Part shown: piece by piece, positions 62,614-64,000 of the stretch | How the letters are laid out: every line of letters begins with the position of its first letter | Numbering within the stretch: position 1 is the first letter of the stretch | Source: a virus | Lineage: Duplodnaviria; Heunggongvirae; Uroviricota; Caudoviricetes | Reading direction: 5' to 3' (one strand) | DNA length: 64,000 nucleotides | Virus record (IMG/VR): IMGVR_UViG_3300050821_008494 | Notes under the pieces: generated by a model | What the model was told of the DNA's origin: nothing | Databases searched by the model: none | Seen by the model: the letters and a program-made list of their open reading frames with translations, nothing else | Program-made: the position numbers and the translations under genes

Positions 62614-63371
62614 GGCAAATAGTTCTCGGAAGTTCGGGAGAGAAAGTCCCAATCATCGGAATGGGCACAGCTCGCATGGGCTCAATAAAGTCCAAGCGCC
62701 AGCAGGAACTTGACGCAATCCGGGAAGGCATCAACCTCGGCATGACTCTCATCGACACCGCAGAGGAATACGGCAACGGTGACTCCGAGCGTCTCGTTGG
62801 CGAGGCAATCAAAGGTCAGAGGGAGAAGGTCTTCATAGCCACAAAGGTCGGCACAGAGAACTTCTCCTTTGACAACGTAATCAAGGCCTGCGACCGGAGC
62901 CTCGAACGTTTGGGGGTCTCGTTCATAGACCTCTACCAGCTTCACTGGCCGAGCCGCACAGTCAACATAAGCGACACCATACGTGCTATGGAGTCCCTCG
63001 TCAACCTCGGCAAAATCCGCTACATCGGACTTAGTAACTTCTCGGTCGGTGACTTCATAGACGTCCACTCCTGCCTCAAGCAATATGAGGTCATGTCAGA
63101 CCAACTGCGCTACAACTACTTCGACCGCACGATAGAGACCGGCCTTCTCAAGTTCTGCGAGCAGATGAAGATGACTGTCATATCTTCGAGTCCACTCAAC
63201 ATGATGAATGTCGGTCAGGTCGAGCGCTTCTCTCAAGAGACCAATCAGACAGAATCTCAGTTCATGCTTAGCTGGGTGACTAGGAGCGGCAACGTCTGCG
63301 CCATACCCAAGGCCTCCAATGTGTTTCACGTCGAAGTCAATTCCAAGACTCCAGAATGGCGGACGCCATAA
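62610..63371 (+). CDS. aldo/keto reductase
   Basis: IDTAEEYGNGDSERLVGEAIKG, LYQLHWP; ATGA overlap. Confidence 0.6.
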   Translation: MRQIVLGSSGEKVPIIGMGTARMGSIKSKRQQELDAIREGINLGMTLIDTAEEYGNGDSERLVGEAIKGQREKVFIATKVGTENFSFDNVIKACDRSLERLGVSFIDLYQLHWPSRTVNISDTIRAMESLVNLGKIRYIGLSNFSVGDFIDVHSCLKQYEVMSDQLRYNYFDRTIETGLLKFCEQMKMTVISSSPLNMMNVGQVERFSQETNQTESQFMLSWVTRSGNVCAIPKASNVFHVEVNSKTPEWRTP

Positions 63372-63430
63372 CCGCACCACAGCACTAAGCCTATAAGCCC
63401 ACACTCCAGAACTCTCTCACCTTGTATGAA

Positions 63431-64000
63431 GCCGAGCCCGAGCGAGCAGGCTCCTCCGGGATTGCAGGCCTAGCTCTCATCGTCTCAATCATAGCCCTAG
63501 TCCTCGGCGCTGCCTTCGAGGGAGGCACAGTCCTTTCCGGAGGAGGGAGCGACACCGCTACAAACTGTCCTGCCGCACAAGCCGCTCAGAACGAGACCTC
63601 TGCCGGAGCCTTTCAGTGCACTCCTCTTTCTAGCGCAGGGGTCAACGCGCTCACTCAGGGAGCCCACACATTCACAGGGAGCATAGGACTCCTCAACGCA
63701 ACCAACATAGGGTGGGACTTTAATTCAGGCACCAATACAATCTCCGCTATACTCAGTGGGGTCGTTACCTCAATTACAGTTAGCGGCACCAACGTTCTAT
63801 CCGGAGCACTTACATTCGTTTCATCAGGTCCTATTAGCGTTGGCAACGTAGGAAATCAAGTCATCTTCGGCTGTCCTACCTGCATAACAACTTCGAACAT
63901 AGCATCGGATGCAGTTACAGCACTTACTCAGGGAGGTCATACTTTCGTCGGAAGCATTGGCCTTACTAACTCTACGGGAATAGGATGGGACTTCAACAAT
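63431..64000 (+). CDS. partial (3'-truncated) surface protein with about 86-aa repeats and N-glycosylation sequons
   Basis: signal-anchor; repeats ALTQG(A/G)HTF(T/V)GSIGL.N.T.IGWDFN; NETS/NATN/NSTG; start uncertain (TTG). Confidence 0.4.

Overview
This is a 64-kb window of about 53% GC that is extremely gene-dense, with roughly 120 ORFs. Almost all ORFs are on the + strand, and many have overlapping stop and start codons (ATGA, TGATG, TAATG). Shine-Dalgarno-like GGAGG motifs are embedded in the 3' ends of upstream genes. Dozens of ORFs under 100 aa encode CxxC...CxxC zinc ribbons. No packaging ATPase, helicase, polymerase, rRNA, tRNA or CRISPR array was found. The overall style fits a large archaeal virus, provirus or integrative element. 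The evidence is several AT-rich TATA-like boxes about 25 nt upstream of ATGs, a tyrosine-integrase-like gene, a presenilin homolog and a dolichol-type GT2/GT4 glycosylation island. A bacterial phage or element is not excluded. The window divides into six parts. (1) 0-9.6 kb is an accessory or host-takeover block with a DnaJ-type zinc finger, a SLOG/DUF2493 protein, a SpoT/RelA-type HD hydrolase, a spermidine-synthase-like protein and RNase H. (2) 9.9-20.6 kb holds a 1055-aa repeat protein and four large secreted or C-terminally anchored surface or virion proteins, one with BNR repeats. (3) 20.6-33 kb holds small proteins, membrane proteins and an SPFH/band-7 protein. (4) 33.1-34.8 kb is a minus-strand module with a Hjc-like PD-(D/E)xK nuclease and a tyrosine recombinase carrying a Zn-cluster insertion, followed by a 325-bp noncoding region. 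(5) 38.6-47.5 kb is a paralog-rich region: three 2-TM membrane paralogs interleaved with a His/Cys-rich small-protein family that shares a C-terminal motif, plus wHTH and AbrB-like regulators and a recurring palindromic operator CTTA-N3-TAAG. (6) 47.9-63.4 kb is a glycosylation island: presenilin-like protease, triplicated membrane domain with a methyltransferase fusion, GT2, GtrA-like protein, flavoprotein, ATP-grasp, PIG-L deacetylase, SDR epimerase, GT4, DegT aminotransferase and aldo-keto reductase. Two nuclease-like genes appear to be inserted into it, and it is followed by a partial repeat-containing surface protein rich in N-glycosylation sequons. Start coordinates refined by eye may be off by a few nt.
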